Below, piece after piece: positions 1 through 9,600 of a stretch of DNA of 43,217 nt (position 1 is the stretch's first letter; each line of letters begins with the position of its first letter). The position numbers were made by a program, and so were the translations under genes. The notes below the pieces were generated by a model. It saw only the letters and a program-made list of their open reading frames with translations, made no database searches and was not told the DNA's origin. This DNA is from Rhizobacter sp. (GTDB lineage Bacteria; Pseudomonadota; Gammaproteobacteria; Burkholderiales; Burkholderiaceae_C). The stretch spans positions 1 through 43,217 of the forward strand of contig JANNKM010000435.1 in the NCBI GenBank assembly GCA_031396305.1, read 5' to 3'.

Positions 1-1331
1 GTCTTTCGGGATTTCACGGCGAATTGGCGATATGCCCGTTCGCTCAGCCAGCACATGATGCTCAATGCACCGACCGCCCCGAGCATGCGCATCAGATGCG
101 CGGCGCTCAAGGAGTCGTGCACGAGGAAAGTGCCGGCGAACAGGTCCATCGTGCTGAGTGATGTACTGGTAAGCAGGGTCAGAAACGCCACGCCACACAC
201 CTTCCCTGTCCAGACCCATTCGCGCGGGCTTTGCGCGGCAGCCACCGTGACCGCGCGCGGCTGACGGCTTAGGTCACGAGCCGGTTTGGCCACTTCGGCG
301 CGGCTGGGTTCGAACCGCACCGTCGAGGCGAGCCGAACCGTCGGCTCTATCGCGGCAGTTGCCGCGTGTTGTACGGCCGATGGCGCACTGGCGGGCGCAC
401 TCACCGCCGCGGGAACAGGATTGCGCCCTCGCAGAGCGCCGCGCCACGCGGCCACGTCTTGCGGGCGATCGCGCGGGTGCAACGCCAGCGTCCAGTCGAT
501 CGCTTCCAGGAAGGCCGTAGGGCAACCCGGGGAGCCGCGCTGGGCCAAAGGAACGTATTCGTCATACAGCACTCGGCTCGCCGCCGACGGTGGCGCCTGG
601 CCCGTCAAGAAATAGTGCAGCGTCGCTCCCAGGGCGTACAAGTCGGTCCACGGCCCTTGGCGCATCGCGGGGGCGTCGCCGTATTGCTCGAGTGGGGCGA
701 AACTCGGTTTGAGGATGGCGGTGAGCGCTTGGGCACTGGAGATGACTCTGCGCGCAGCGCCGAAATCCAGCAACACCGGCACGCCGTCATCGCCGACGAG
801 GATGTTGTCGGGCGCGATGTCGCGGTGGTATACCCCGTCGCGATGCAACTGCTCCAGCCCCGACAGCAGCGGCTCGATGATCTGCATGCACTTCGCGGCG
901 TCCGGAGGTGAGGTCATCGACTTGCGGCAGTCACGCAGCGTGCGACCGCGATAGAGTTGCATCACCATGTAGGCTGTGCCGCCGCCTTCCCAGAACCGGT
1001 GCACCTTGACCAACGCCGGGTGGTCGAAGCGCGCCAGCAGACGCGCTTCGTCAACGAAGGATCGCAGGCCCATCGCGAAGGCTTCGCCGTGGGATGGGGC
1101 GCGCAGCGCCACGGTTGAGCTCTCGCCTCGTCCAGCGAGCGACAGTGGCAGATATTCCTTGAGAGCCACTTCGCGTTCGAGTGTGTGATCCCAGGCGCGA
1201 TAGACGATCCCGAAGCCGCCCACGCCGATCACGCCACGCACTTCGAACTCGTGCAAGCGTGCGCTTGCGGGCAACGCTTCGCTCAATGGCGCTCGGGTTT
1301 CCGGTGCGGCCGCAGCCACTTCAGTGTTCAT
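1..1331 (-). CDS. Hanks-type serine/threonine protein kinase, partial (C-terminus runs off the left window edge)
   Basis: ATG at 1331 (cat at 1329-1331). The minus frame stays open to position 1; I checked it by hand around 267-299. It is absent from the ORF track because it has no stop inside the window. Motifs read from the translation: G-loop GVGGFGIVYRA, VALKEY lysine, catalytic loop YHRDIAPDN, DFGAAR, and a hydrophobic segment near the C-terminal end. Confidence 0.85.
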   Translation of the reverse strand, partial: MNTEVAAAAPETRAPLSEALPASARLHEFEVRGVIGVGGFGIVYRAWDHTLEREVALKEYLPLSLAGRGESSTVALRAPSHGEAFAMGLRSFVDEARLLARFDHPALVKVHRFWEGGGTAYMVMQLYRGRTLRDCRKSMTSPPDAAKCMQIIEPLLSGLEQLHRDGVYHRDIAPDNILVGDDGVPVLLDFGAARRVISSAQALTAILKPSFAPLEQYGDAPAMRQGPWTDLYALGATLHYFLTGQAPPSAASRVLYDEYVPLAQRGSPGCPTAFLEAIDWTLALHPRDRPQDVAAWRGALRGRNPVPAAVSAPASAPSAVQHAATAAIEPTVRLASTVRFEPSRAEVAKPARDLSRQPRAVTVAAAQSPREWVWTGKVCGVAFLTLLTSTSLSTMDLFAGTFLVHDSLSAAHLMRMLGAVGALSIMCWLSERAYRQFAVKSRK

Positions 1332-1561
1332 CGCCGGGAGGCTAACAGTCGGGGATCGAGATTCGAACGACGCGCCGGATCGCGAAAGGCCGGCGTGTGA
1401 CAAATTGAAGCGCCCACTCTGTCGCGCGATAAACAACGGCGCTGCTGCACGCCCAGCCGAGCTCCGTGCCAATTGCCACAACCGGTAATGGACCCGGCGC
1501 ATTGGCGGACTTCGCCGTCAAGAATGGCTGAGTTCGAGGTTCGAACACGAAGGGGCCAGTC

Positions 1562-2431
1562 ATGTCAGTGATGAGCGCTACACAGGTCATTGCTCGCAAT
1601 GCATTGGGGGCGTTGCTTCTCGTTTCCTTGCCCGGAGCAGGCGTTGCCGCGCTAAGTCGGGCGAGCGACGCAGGCGTTGTCGACACAGCGTTGGCGCTGC
1701 GCGGCGTGCCGTTTCGAGCGGGCGGCACGACACCGCAGCAGGGCTTCGACTGCAGCGGCTTCGTTCGCTATGCATTCCAACGCGCAACAGGCTTCGAGCT
1801 ACCGCGTACAGCCCGGGATATGGCGGGCGTCGGCGAACATGTTTCGCGCAGCGACCTGAGCGCTGGCGACCTGGTGTTCTTCAACACGCAGGGTCATCGG
1901 TATTCGCATGTGGGCATCTATGTCAGTGAGGGGCGATTCGTGCACTCCCCGAGTCCCGGCAAAGTGGTTTCCGTCGTGGATATGAATGAGAAGTACTGGG
2001 CCCAGCGATTCACGGGTGCGCGCCGGGTGCTCGATGACGTGCTGTCCGCGCAGGCGCCGCGCAATGCCAGACCGCACCGCGATACGCCGCGATCACAGCC
2101 ACCGCCACAGACCTTTGCGCGGGACCAGGAACGCATTGCCAGAAACGACGCGCAGCGCAACGACGGGGTGACTCGTCACGCGGGAGTGAATCAACGAAGT
2201 CAGATGCGAACGCAGCGCCGAGGCTATCCGGTGCCGCCCCGGATCAGCAACGAAGCTGATCGCGACTACGCGTCAGCGCAACCTCTTGTCATTTACGGCG
2301 CCCCGTCCCGACGCGGTGGTTACGTCTACTACGTGGCGGCCAGTGAGGTTCGCTACGCGAATCAGCGCTGGTCAGCCCAAGAGCGGCACGACGAAGACGA
2401 GGATCATGATGATGATGAGGCGGACGATTGA
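1562..2431 (+). CDS. NlpC/P60 (C40) cell-wall peptidase with signal peptide and a ~130-aa non-homologous C-terminal extension
   Basis: Tracked ORF. Catalytic Cys motif GFDCSGFVRYAF and His motif YSHVGIY. The domain ends near ARRVL (about nt 2030). The tail is basic and low-complexity and ends HDEDEDHDDDEADD. Confidence 0.85.
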   Translation: MSVMSATQVIARNALGALLLVSLPGAGVAALSRASDAGVVDTALALRGVPFRAGGTTPQQGFDCSGFVRYAFQRATGFELPRTARDMAGVGEHVSRSDLSAGDLVFFNTQGHRYSHVGIYVSEGRFVHSPSPGKVVSVVDMNEKYWAQRFTGARRVLDDVLSAQAPRNARPHRDTPRSQPPPQTFARDQERIARNDAQRNDGVTRHAGVNQRSQMRTQRRGYPVPPRISNEADRDYASAQPLVIYGAPSRRGGYVYYVAASEVRYANQRWSAQERHDEDEDHDDDEADD

Positions 2432-2447
2432 CACTGGGTGAAGGCGT

Positions 2448-2800
2448 CTAATAGCAAGAGCCCGCCAATTCGCGAGGGACCGCTTCCGCCAGAAAGTCGA
2501 ATACCCGTCGCACGATGGCGTTGCCGCGAATCTCTCGATGCACCGCCAGCCAACACGGCAGCGGCGCAATCTTCAAGCCGGGCAGGATCGACACGACGCC
2601 GGACCAGTGCGCGAGGTTGTAGCGCGCCGCGAAGCTGATGCCCGCGCCGGCGGCAATGAGTCTGCCGTAGGCGATCTGGTCATCGGTGCGCAGCGCGAAC
2701 TGCTCGCGTGAGATCGGGGCGTCCACCTGGCCTACCTCTTTGAAGTGCCCCACGCGCTGGACGGCGAGGCGCTGATCCGCACGGCTGGTGACCTGGACAT
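2448..2800 (-). pseudogene. 3-prime remnant of a LysR-family transcriptional regulator (C-terminal effector-binding part only, no HTH)
   Basis: The C-terminal ~115 aa of ORF 2448..2945 (FALRTDDQIAYGRLIAAGAGISFAARYNLAHW...LPCWLAVHREIRGNAIVRRVFDFLAEAV) resemble the end of LysR substrate-binding domains. The first ~50 aa of the ORF overlap iorB and look like out-of-frame junk. About 190 aa of a normal LysR protein are missing. Confidence 0.6.
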
Positions 2801-2880
2801 CACGCCGCTCGATACGGGCCTGCGCGCGACGCTGGTCGAGCTGGGCATGGCGCCCGCGCCGCCGCAGGCACGCGACGCAC

Positions 2881-4413
2881 TCACCCCGCCGGACGGCGTT
2901 TGAAAAATCGCACGGTCTGTTCGCGCGGTGCGCGGGCGGGTGCACCGTGCGCCGTCAGCGTGCGGTCCAGGGCGCGGCCGGTGTCGTCGGCCAGGGCCGC
3001 GCTGCGCGCCAGTCGGATCGACTCGGCGCGTTGCGCAGCCGGCGCCGCGCGGCTCGCCAGGTGGTCGATGATGTGCAGCAGGTTTTCCTTGCCGCGTTCG
3101 TTGGTACTGCCGTAGCCCTTGATGAGGCGGCCGCACGCGGCGATCTCTTGCCCCAGCGCCCAGTCTTCGCGCGCGCCGCGCTCCACGGCGGCGAGCCAGC
3201 GTTCGATCAAGGCCTGCTCCACCGCGAAACGCTGGCCGCGGCGGCGTTGGCCCTTGAGCGCAGCAAGCAGCTTCAGCGCAATTGCGCCAAACACGGTGTG
3301 CGCGCCCACGCGCAGCGGCAGCGCCCACGGATCGAGCCCACGCGCGACGCGTTGGCGGTCCCAGGCCTGCAGACGCCCGGCCAGACTCGCCGGCAGCAGC
3401 GCGGCGAACTCAGCCACACCCGGTTTGAAATGGTCGAAGACCTTGACGACTTCATCGTCGCGCGCGGCAACTTCGCGACGCACGCGTTCAAAGCGATTCG
3501 CGCTGAGCTTGAGCGATGCGACGTGCACGATGTCATCGAACATCATCCACAGCGCCAGCCAGCGGGTCACGTCCTGTGCGATTGCGCCGCCGTGCGCGCA
3601 TTGCGGGTCGGCGGCGCGTTCCGCCGCGACGATGCGCTCGAGCCGCTTCTCGTACAGCGTCGCATAGGCGGCGTCCTGGTATTCACGCAGCCGCGGCACG
3701 GCGATCGCGCGCAAGTCGGGCGGGGCGATCGCGGCGTGCACCAGCGCCTGCTGCGCGCGGCGCTGCGCCACGCCGTCAAAGGCGACGGCGAAACCCCGCA
3801 AACTCGACTCGACGCCTTTGCCTGCGGCACGAATCGTGTCCTCGAAAATCGATCGGGCGAAAGGCAGCACGCCACTCGCGGCGATCACGCCGAACATCAC
3901 GGCGCTGATGACGGTTTGTGCCTGACCTGCAATCGCCCCCATGTCAAGCAACTCGACACCGCGCGCGTGGCGTTGCAGCGTTGCGAGCAACGCGGCGGAA
4001 TCAGTCCGGCCGTCGCCCATTTGCATCTTCTCGGCAACCGTCAGGGCCCGAGCCGTCGAGCTCACGATCAAGGTTCGATCCGCGTCGGCCATGCCCGCGC
4101 CGACCTGACGCACCGTTTCCAGCAACTCCGACGAGATGAGCAGGTCGATGCCGCCCGGTACCGGGTTCAGGCTGAACACCGGCCGGCGGCCTTGCAGCAT
4201 GGCGTCGGGCTCGGCGTGGACTTCGACGTAGTACGTCGTCGCCCCGGTGCGCTGCGCGACTCCGGGGATCGACGTGCTCTGCGCGCTGTGGCCGGCGCGC
4301 ACGGCTGCGTCATACAGCCACTCGCTGAGCACGCCACCGCCTTCGCCACCGAGCGCGCACATCAGCAGCGTGATGGGGCGGGTGGTGGTGGCCTGGTCCA
4401 CGGTGACCCTCAC
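2881..4413 (-). CDS. iorB: Indolepyruvate/2-oxoacid:ferredoxin oxidoreductase subunit beta family protein
   Basis: Tracked ORF, 510 aa. N-terminal motif ITLLMCALGGEGGGVLSEWL...STSIPGVAQRTGATTYYVE is typical of IorB-family proteins. The GTG start overlaps the iorA stop by 4 nt (GTGA at 4410-4413). Confidence 0.85.
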   Translation of the reverse strand: MRVTVDQATTTRPITLLMCALGGEGGGVLSEWLYDAAVRAGHSAQSTSIPGVAQRTGATTYYVEVHAEPDAMLQGRRPVFSLNPVPGGIDLLISSELLETVRQVGAGMADADRTLIVSSTARALTVAEKMQMGDGRTDSAALLATLQRHARGVELLDMGAIAGQAQTVISAVMFGVIAASGVLPFARSIFEDTIRAAGKGVESSLRGFAVAFDGVAQRRAQQALVHAAIAPPDLRAIAVPRLREYQDAAYATLYEKRLERIVAAERAADPQCAHGGAIAQDVTRWLALWMMFDDIVHVASLKLSANRFERVRREVAARDDEVVKVFDHFKPGVAEFAALLPASLAGRLQAWDRQRVARGLDPWALPLRVGAHTVFGAIALKLLAALKGQRRRGQRFAVEQALIERWLAAVERGAREDWALGQEIAACGRLIKGYGSTNERGKENLLHIIDHLASRAAPAAQRAESIRLARSAALADDTGRALDRTLTAHGAPARAPREQTVRFFKRRPAG

Positions 4414-6602
4414 GCCCGCACCGGGCGCAACACCGATGTCACCGCGGCCCGCAGTCGGGCCAGCAGCAACTCAGCCCAGCCCGGATTGCGCACGATTTCA
4501 GCGCGGTAAAAACTCGGGCAGAGCGACGCCGCATGGGCATTCTCGCCACACAGGCCGCAGCCGACGCAACCGTCGATCACGGTGGCGACGGGGTCGACGC
4601 GGAGCAGGTCGGGGTTGTCCTTGAGCGTCAGCGTCGGGCACCCCGACAGGCGAATGCAGGCATGGTCGCCGGTGCACACGTCTTCGTCGACACCGTACTT
4701 GACTCGCTCGACTCGCTCGCCGCGTTTCAAGCGGCCAGCCAGCCACGGCCGGATGCGGCGCTGCCGCTCCAATTGGCATTCGCCTTCGGCGATGATGACT
4801 TTCAGGCCGTTGAACGGACTCGTGAACGCCTCCTGCAACGTGCGGCGCATTGCGTCGACCTCGTAGGTATTCACGGTCCGCAGCCACTGCACGCCCATGC
4901 CCTTGAGCGTGGTCTCGATCACCTGGTTCTTGTGCGCAAGGCTTTGGTGCAGGTCTCCCTTGCGTACGGCTAGCGCCTTCGCGGCATCGTCAGGCGTGTT
5001 CAGGATGTCCTGCGTTCCGGTGGCCGAGGTGTAGCCGTTCTTCATGATCATCAGCACGGCATCGTCAGCGCTGAACAGCGCTGACTGCACACCGGTGAGC
5101 AGGCCGTTGTGCCAGAAACCACCGTCACCCATGATCGCGAGGGTGCGCCGCTGCAGCATCGGCGACACGCCCGCGCGGCTTGCCAGGCTCATGCCGTAGC
5201 CGAGGATCGAGTGGCCCGAACTGAACGGCTCGAAGGTGGCCAGCGCATGGCAGCCGATGTCGGCCGCCACATGCACGGGCCCGACTGCGGCTTGCGCAAG
5301 CTTGAGCGCGGCGAACACCGGCCGCTCCGGGCAGCCGACGCAAAAGCTCGGCGGCCTTGCGGGCAGCAGCCCCAGGGTTGTTTCCACGTCGGCGCGGCGC
5401 GCGGCGTTGCCGGCCAACCAGGAGCGTGCGCCGCTCAGGTCGACTCCCGGCAGACGCGCGTCGGCAAAAGCGATCAGCCCTTGTGCGATCACCTCCACCG
5501 TGTATTCGCCGGCAGCGGGCAGCAGGTCCTTGCCGTGTACCTGGGTTTGCACGTCCAGGCGCCGCAGCGCCTGCGCCAGATCCTTCTCGACGTACTCGGG
5601 GGCGCCTTCTTCGATCACGAGCACGGCGGACTTGCCGGCGCAAAACGCGCTCACTTCCTCGGGCACGAGAGGATAGGTGACGTTGAGCACCAGCAGCGGC
5701 AATTCGCTGGCGCCAAACGCATCGGCCAGACCGCACTGCTGCAACGCGCGGATCGCCGCGTTGTACAGGCCGCCCTGCACGATCAGCCCGACCTCGCGGC
5801 GCGGCCCCTCGAAGCGCTCGTTCAAGCCATGCTGCGCGATATACGCCTGCGCCGCCGGCAAGCGCTGCGAGATCTTGAGTTTCTCGTGGCGGAACGTCAC
5901 GGGAGGGTGCGCCAGGCGCATGTAGTCAAACGCGGCAGGCTCGGGGATCAACTCGCGCGTTGAAAATTTCGGCGCGACGTTGTCCTTGGCGATGAACTTG
6001 CCGCGCACATGGCAGGCACGGATGCGCAGCTCCATGATCGCGGGCATGTTGCTCGCTTCGCTCAAGGCGAAAGCGTGTTCGACCAGCCGCACCATGTTGG
6101 CCAGATCCGGGCGCGGGTCGAACAGCGCCAGCGTGCTTTTCAGTGCGTAGGCATGGGTGCGCTCCTGAATCACGCTCGCGCCCTCTCCATAGTCTTCGCC
6201 GACGACGATCAGTGCGCCGCCCACCACGCCCGGCGAGGCGAGGTTGGACAAGGCGTCGGCGGCGACGTTGGTGCCGACGATCGACTTCCACGTCACCGCG
6301 CCGCGCAGCGGGTAGTGGATCGACGCGCCGAGCATCGCCGCGGCCGAGGCCTCGTTGGCGCAGGCCTCGACGTGCACGCCGAGCGTATCGACATAGGGTC
6401 TGGCCTGCACCATCACGTCGAGCAGGTGCGACACCGGCGCACCCTGGTAGCCGCCGATGTAGGCCACACCCGATTGCAGCAACGCCTTGGTGATGGCGAG
6501 AATGCCTTCGCCATGGAACACGCCGCCCGCGCCCAGCTTGAGCTGCTCGATCTGCTCGGTGAATTGCACTTCCATCGCGGCCACATTGTGACGCGGCGCC
6601 AT
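4410..6602 (-). CDS. iorA: Indolepyruvate/2-oxoacid:ferredoxin oxidoreductase subunit alpha (TPP-binding, 4Fe-4S)
   Basis: Tracked ORF 4410..7004, trimmed to the ATG at 6602 (MAPRHNVAAMEVQF...). An alternative ATG lies at 6575. Homology-like sequence begins there. C-terminal ferredoxin-type cysteine clusters CTGDHACIRLSGCP and CVGCGLCGE. The upstream 134 codons overlap the divergent DUF1028 gene. Confidence 0.88.
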   Translation of the reverse strand: MAPRHNVAAMEVQFTEQIEQLKLGAGGVFHGEGILAITKALLQSGVAYIGGYQGAPVSHLLDVMVQARPYVDTLGVHVEACANEASAAAMLGASIHYPLRGAVTWKSIVGTNVAADALSNLASPGVVGGALIVVGEDYGEGASVIQERTHAYALKSTLALFDPRPDLANMVRLVEHAFALSEASNMPAIMELRIRACHVRGKFIAKDNVAPKFSTRELIPEPAAFDYMRLAHPPVTFRHEKLKISQRLPAAQAYIAQHGLNERFEGPRREVGLIVQGGLYNAAIRALQQCGLADAFGASELPLLVLNVTYPLVPEEVSAFCAGKSAVLVIEEGAPEYVEKDLAQALRRLDVQTQVHGKDLLPAAGEYTVEVIAQGLIAFADARLPGVDLSGARSWLAGNAARRADVETTLGLLPARPPSFCVGCPERPVFAALKLAQAAVGPVHVAADIGCHALATFEPFSSGHSILGYGMSLASRAGVSPMLQRRTLAIMGDGGFWHNGLLTGVQSALFSADDAVLMIMKNGYTSATGTQDILNTPDDAAKALAVRKGDLHQSLAHKNQVIETTLKGMGVQWLRTVNTYEVDAMRRTLQEAFTSPFNGLKVIIAEGECQLERQRRIRPWLAGRLKRGERVERVKYGVDEDVCTGDHACIRLSGCPTLTLKDNPDLLRVDPVATVIDGCVGCGLCGENAHAASLCPSFYRAEIVRNPGWAELLLARLRAAVTSVLRPVRA

Positions 6603-6724
6603 CGACACGCCGGGTGGCCTGGCACGCAACTCGCTACCCTGAGGCCGACGCGGGGGCAATCCCGTAGCTTCAAGGGCTTGCGCATCGCGCAAGATCGCAG
6701 CTTCACTTCTTTTCCACTGAGCCC

Positions 6725-7462
6725 ATGACCTGGTCGATCCTGGCGCGTGATGGCGATGGCCGCTTCGGCGTGGCGATCGCGAGCCGCTTCTTTGCCGTGG
6801 GCGCACTGTGCGTTCACACCAAGCGCGGCGTCGGCGCGCTGGCGACGCAGGCGTTGCTGAACCCGCTGTATGGTCCGCAGGGCCTGCGCTGGCTCGCCGA
6901 AGGCAGCAAGCCGCACGACGTGGTCGCGCGCCTGACCGCCGCGGACGCCGGCCGCTCGCACCGCCAAGTGCACATGTTGGGCGCGCAAGGCGACGCGGCG
7001 GCACACACCGGGAGCGAGTGCATCGGCTGGTGCGGGAACATCGCGGGTGCCGGATTCAGCGTGGCCGGCAACATGCTCGTCGGCGCGGCGGTGATCGAGG
7101 CCACCGCCGCGGCCTATCTGGATCACGCCGACCGGCCGCTGGCCGAGCGTCTGATTGCCGCGCTGGCCGCGGGTGAAGCGCAGGGCGGCGACAAACGCGG
7201 CAAACAGTCGGCGGCGCTGCGCATTCAGGCCGAAGAAGACTATCCGGCGCTCGATTTGCGCGTCGACGACCACGCCGAGCCGATCGAGGAACTGCGGCGG
7301 CTGCATGCCAAGAGCCTGGAGCGGTTTCAGCCCTTCATCGCATGCCTGGCTGGCCGACTCGACCCGGTGGGCCTGACCGACCGTGCCGCGATTGAAGAGG
7401 CGGTGCTGCGTTTTCAGGCAGCGCAACGGGTGCGGGCCGAATCCGAAAGCCCGCCCAAGTGA
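6725..7462 (+). CDS. DUF1028 family protein (Ntn-hydrolase-like, N-terminal MTWSILARD)
   Basis: Tracked ORF. The characteristic N-terminus MT(F/W)SI(V/L)ARD has Thr2 as the expected nucleophile. Its stop overlaps the next gene's GTG start (GTGA at 7459-7462). Confidence 0.8.
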   Translation: MTWSILARDGDGRFGVAIASRFFAVGALCVHTKRGVGALATQALLNPLYGPQGLRWLAEGSKPHDVVARLTAADAGRSHRQVHMLGAQGDAAAHTGSECIGWCGNIAGAGFSVAGNMLVGAAVIEATAAAYLDHADRPLAERLIAALAAGEAQGGDKRGKQSAALRIQAEEDYPALDLRVDDHAEPIEELRRLHAKSLERFQPFIACLAGRLDPVGLTDRAAIEEAVLRFQAAQRVRAESESPPK

Positions 7463-8474
7463 CTGCACTGCTCGAAGTGCAAGACCTGCACACGCGCTTT
7501 GACACCGACGAGGGCGAACTCGCCGCGGTGGACGGCGTGAGCTTTCGCATCGACGCAGGCAAGACGCTTGCGATCGTCGGCGAATCGGGGTGCGGCAAGA
7601 GCGTTACGGCGTTGTCGATCATGGGACTGCTCGCACAGCCGGCCGGGCACGTCAGCGCGGGTTCGGTGCGCTTCGAGGGGCAAGAGTTGATCGGCATGCC
7701 GACGCGCGAGCTGCAAGACTTGCGCGGCAACGCGATGGCGATGATCTTCCAGGAGCCGATGTCGTCGCTGAATCCGGCGTTCACGATCGGCGAGCAGATC
7801 GTCGAGACGCTGTTGCGCCATCGGCCCATCACACGCACCCAGGCCGAGGCGCGCGCCCTGGACGTGTTGCGCCAGGTGCGCATGGCGGCACCGGAGCAGA
7901 GACTGCACGAATACCCGCACAAGCTCTCGGGCGGCATGCGTCAGCGCGCGATGATCGCGATGGCCCTGGCCTGCGAGCCGCGCCTGCTCATCGCCGATGA
8001 GCCGACGACCGCGCTCGACGTGACGATCCAGGCGCAGATCCTCGACCTGCGGCGCACATTGCAGGCCGAAACCGGCACGGCGATCGTGCTGATCACGCAT
8101 GACCTGGGCGTGGTGGCCGAAATGGCCGATCACGTGCTCGTGATGTACGCCGGGCAAGTGGTGGAGCAGGCCAGCGCGCACGCCATCTTCAGCGAGCCGC
8201 AGCACCCGTACACGGTGGGTCTGCTGGGCGCGCTGCCGCGCCTGGACGAGCAGCGCACGCGCCTGGCCGCCATCGAGGGCCAGTTGCCCAATCCCTTGCA
8301 CCCGCCGCACGGCTGCCGCTTCGCCCCGCGCTGCCCGTTCGCGATGCAGCCATGCCGCGACGCGCCGCCGTCGCTGCGCCCTGTGGGCGCGCAGCACCTG
8401 GCGGCGTGCTGGCGCGCACCCCTCGATCCGGCGCGGTTGCAAGCCGAAACCGACGCCTTGCCAGAGTTCGTACC

Positions 8475-8478
<4 letters not shown>
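7459..8478 (+). CDS. Oligopeptide/dipeptide ABC transporter ATP-binding protein (DppD/OppD-like)
   Basis: Walker A GESGCGKS, signature LSGGMRQR, Walker [13 protein letters not shown], and a C-terminal oligopeptide-ABC extension (HPYT...CRFAPRCP). Confidence 0.9.
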
Positions 8479-9560
<1,082 letters not shown>

Positions 9561-9600
9561 GATCTGATCCCCGTTTGTTTTCAACCGAAGGAGTTGCTCC

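Noticed and set aside
295-1560. Short ggttcgaa / attcgaac strings (near 305, 1355 and 1545) that resemble tRNA T-loops.
   Set aside because: I could not fold flanking sequence into T-stems, acceptor stems or anticodon arms. The first one lies inside the kinase coding frame.
2788-4509. A 573-aa plus-strand ORF opposite iorB. Similar long antisense ORFs include 8130..9869, 10489..11586, 11126..12496, 19232..20770, 25508..26845, 27827..28933, 29999..31453, 37585..39444 and 42222..43205.
   Set aside because: All lie opposite genes with unmistakable family motifs. Their translations are Arg/Ala/Gly/His-rich with no recognisable domains. Long shadow ORFs like these are expected in high-GC DNA.
6603-7004. 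N-terminal extension of the iorA ORF (134 extra codons). Similar upstream extensions occur on ORFs starting at 8352, 14474, 24615..25871, 25520..27097, 29345, 32080, 36232 and 39977.
   Set aside because: The extensions overlap neighbouring genes and are Arg/Pro-rich. Family-like sequence starts at an internal ATG or GTG, often with an SD-like motif or a 4-nt stop/start overlap.
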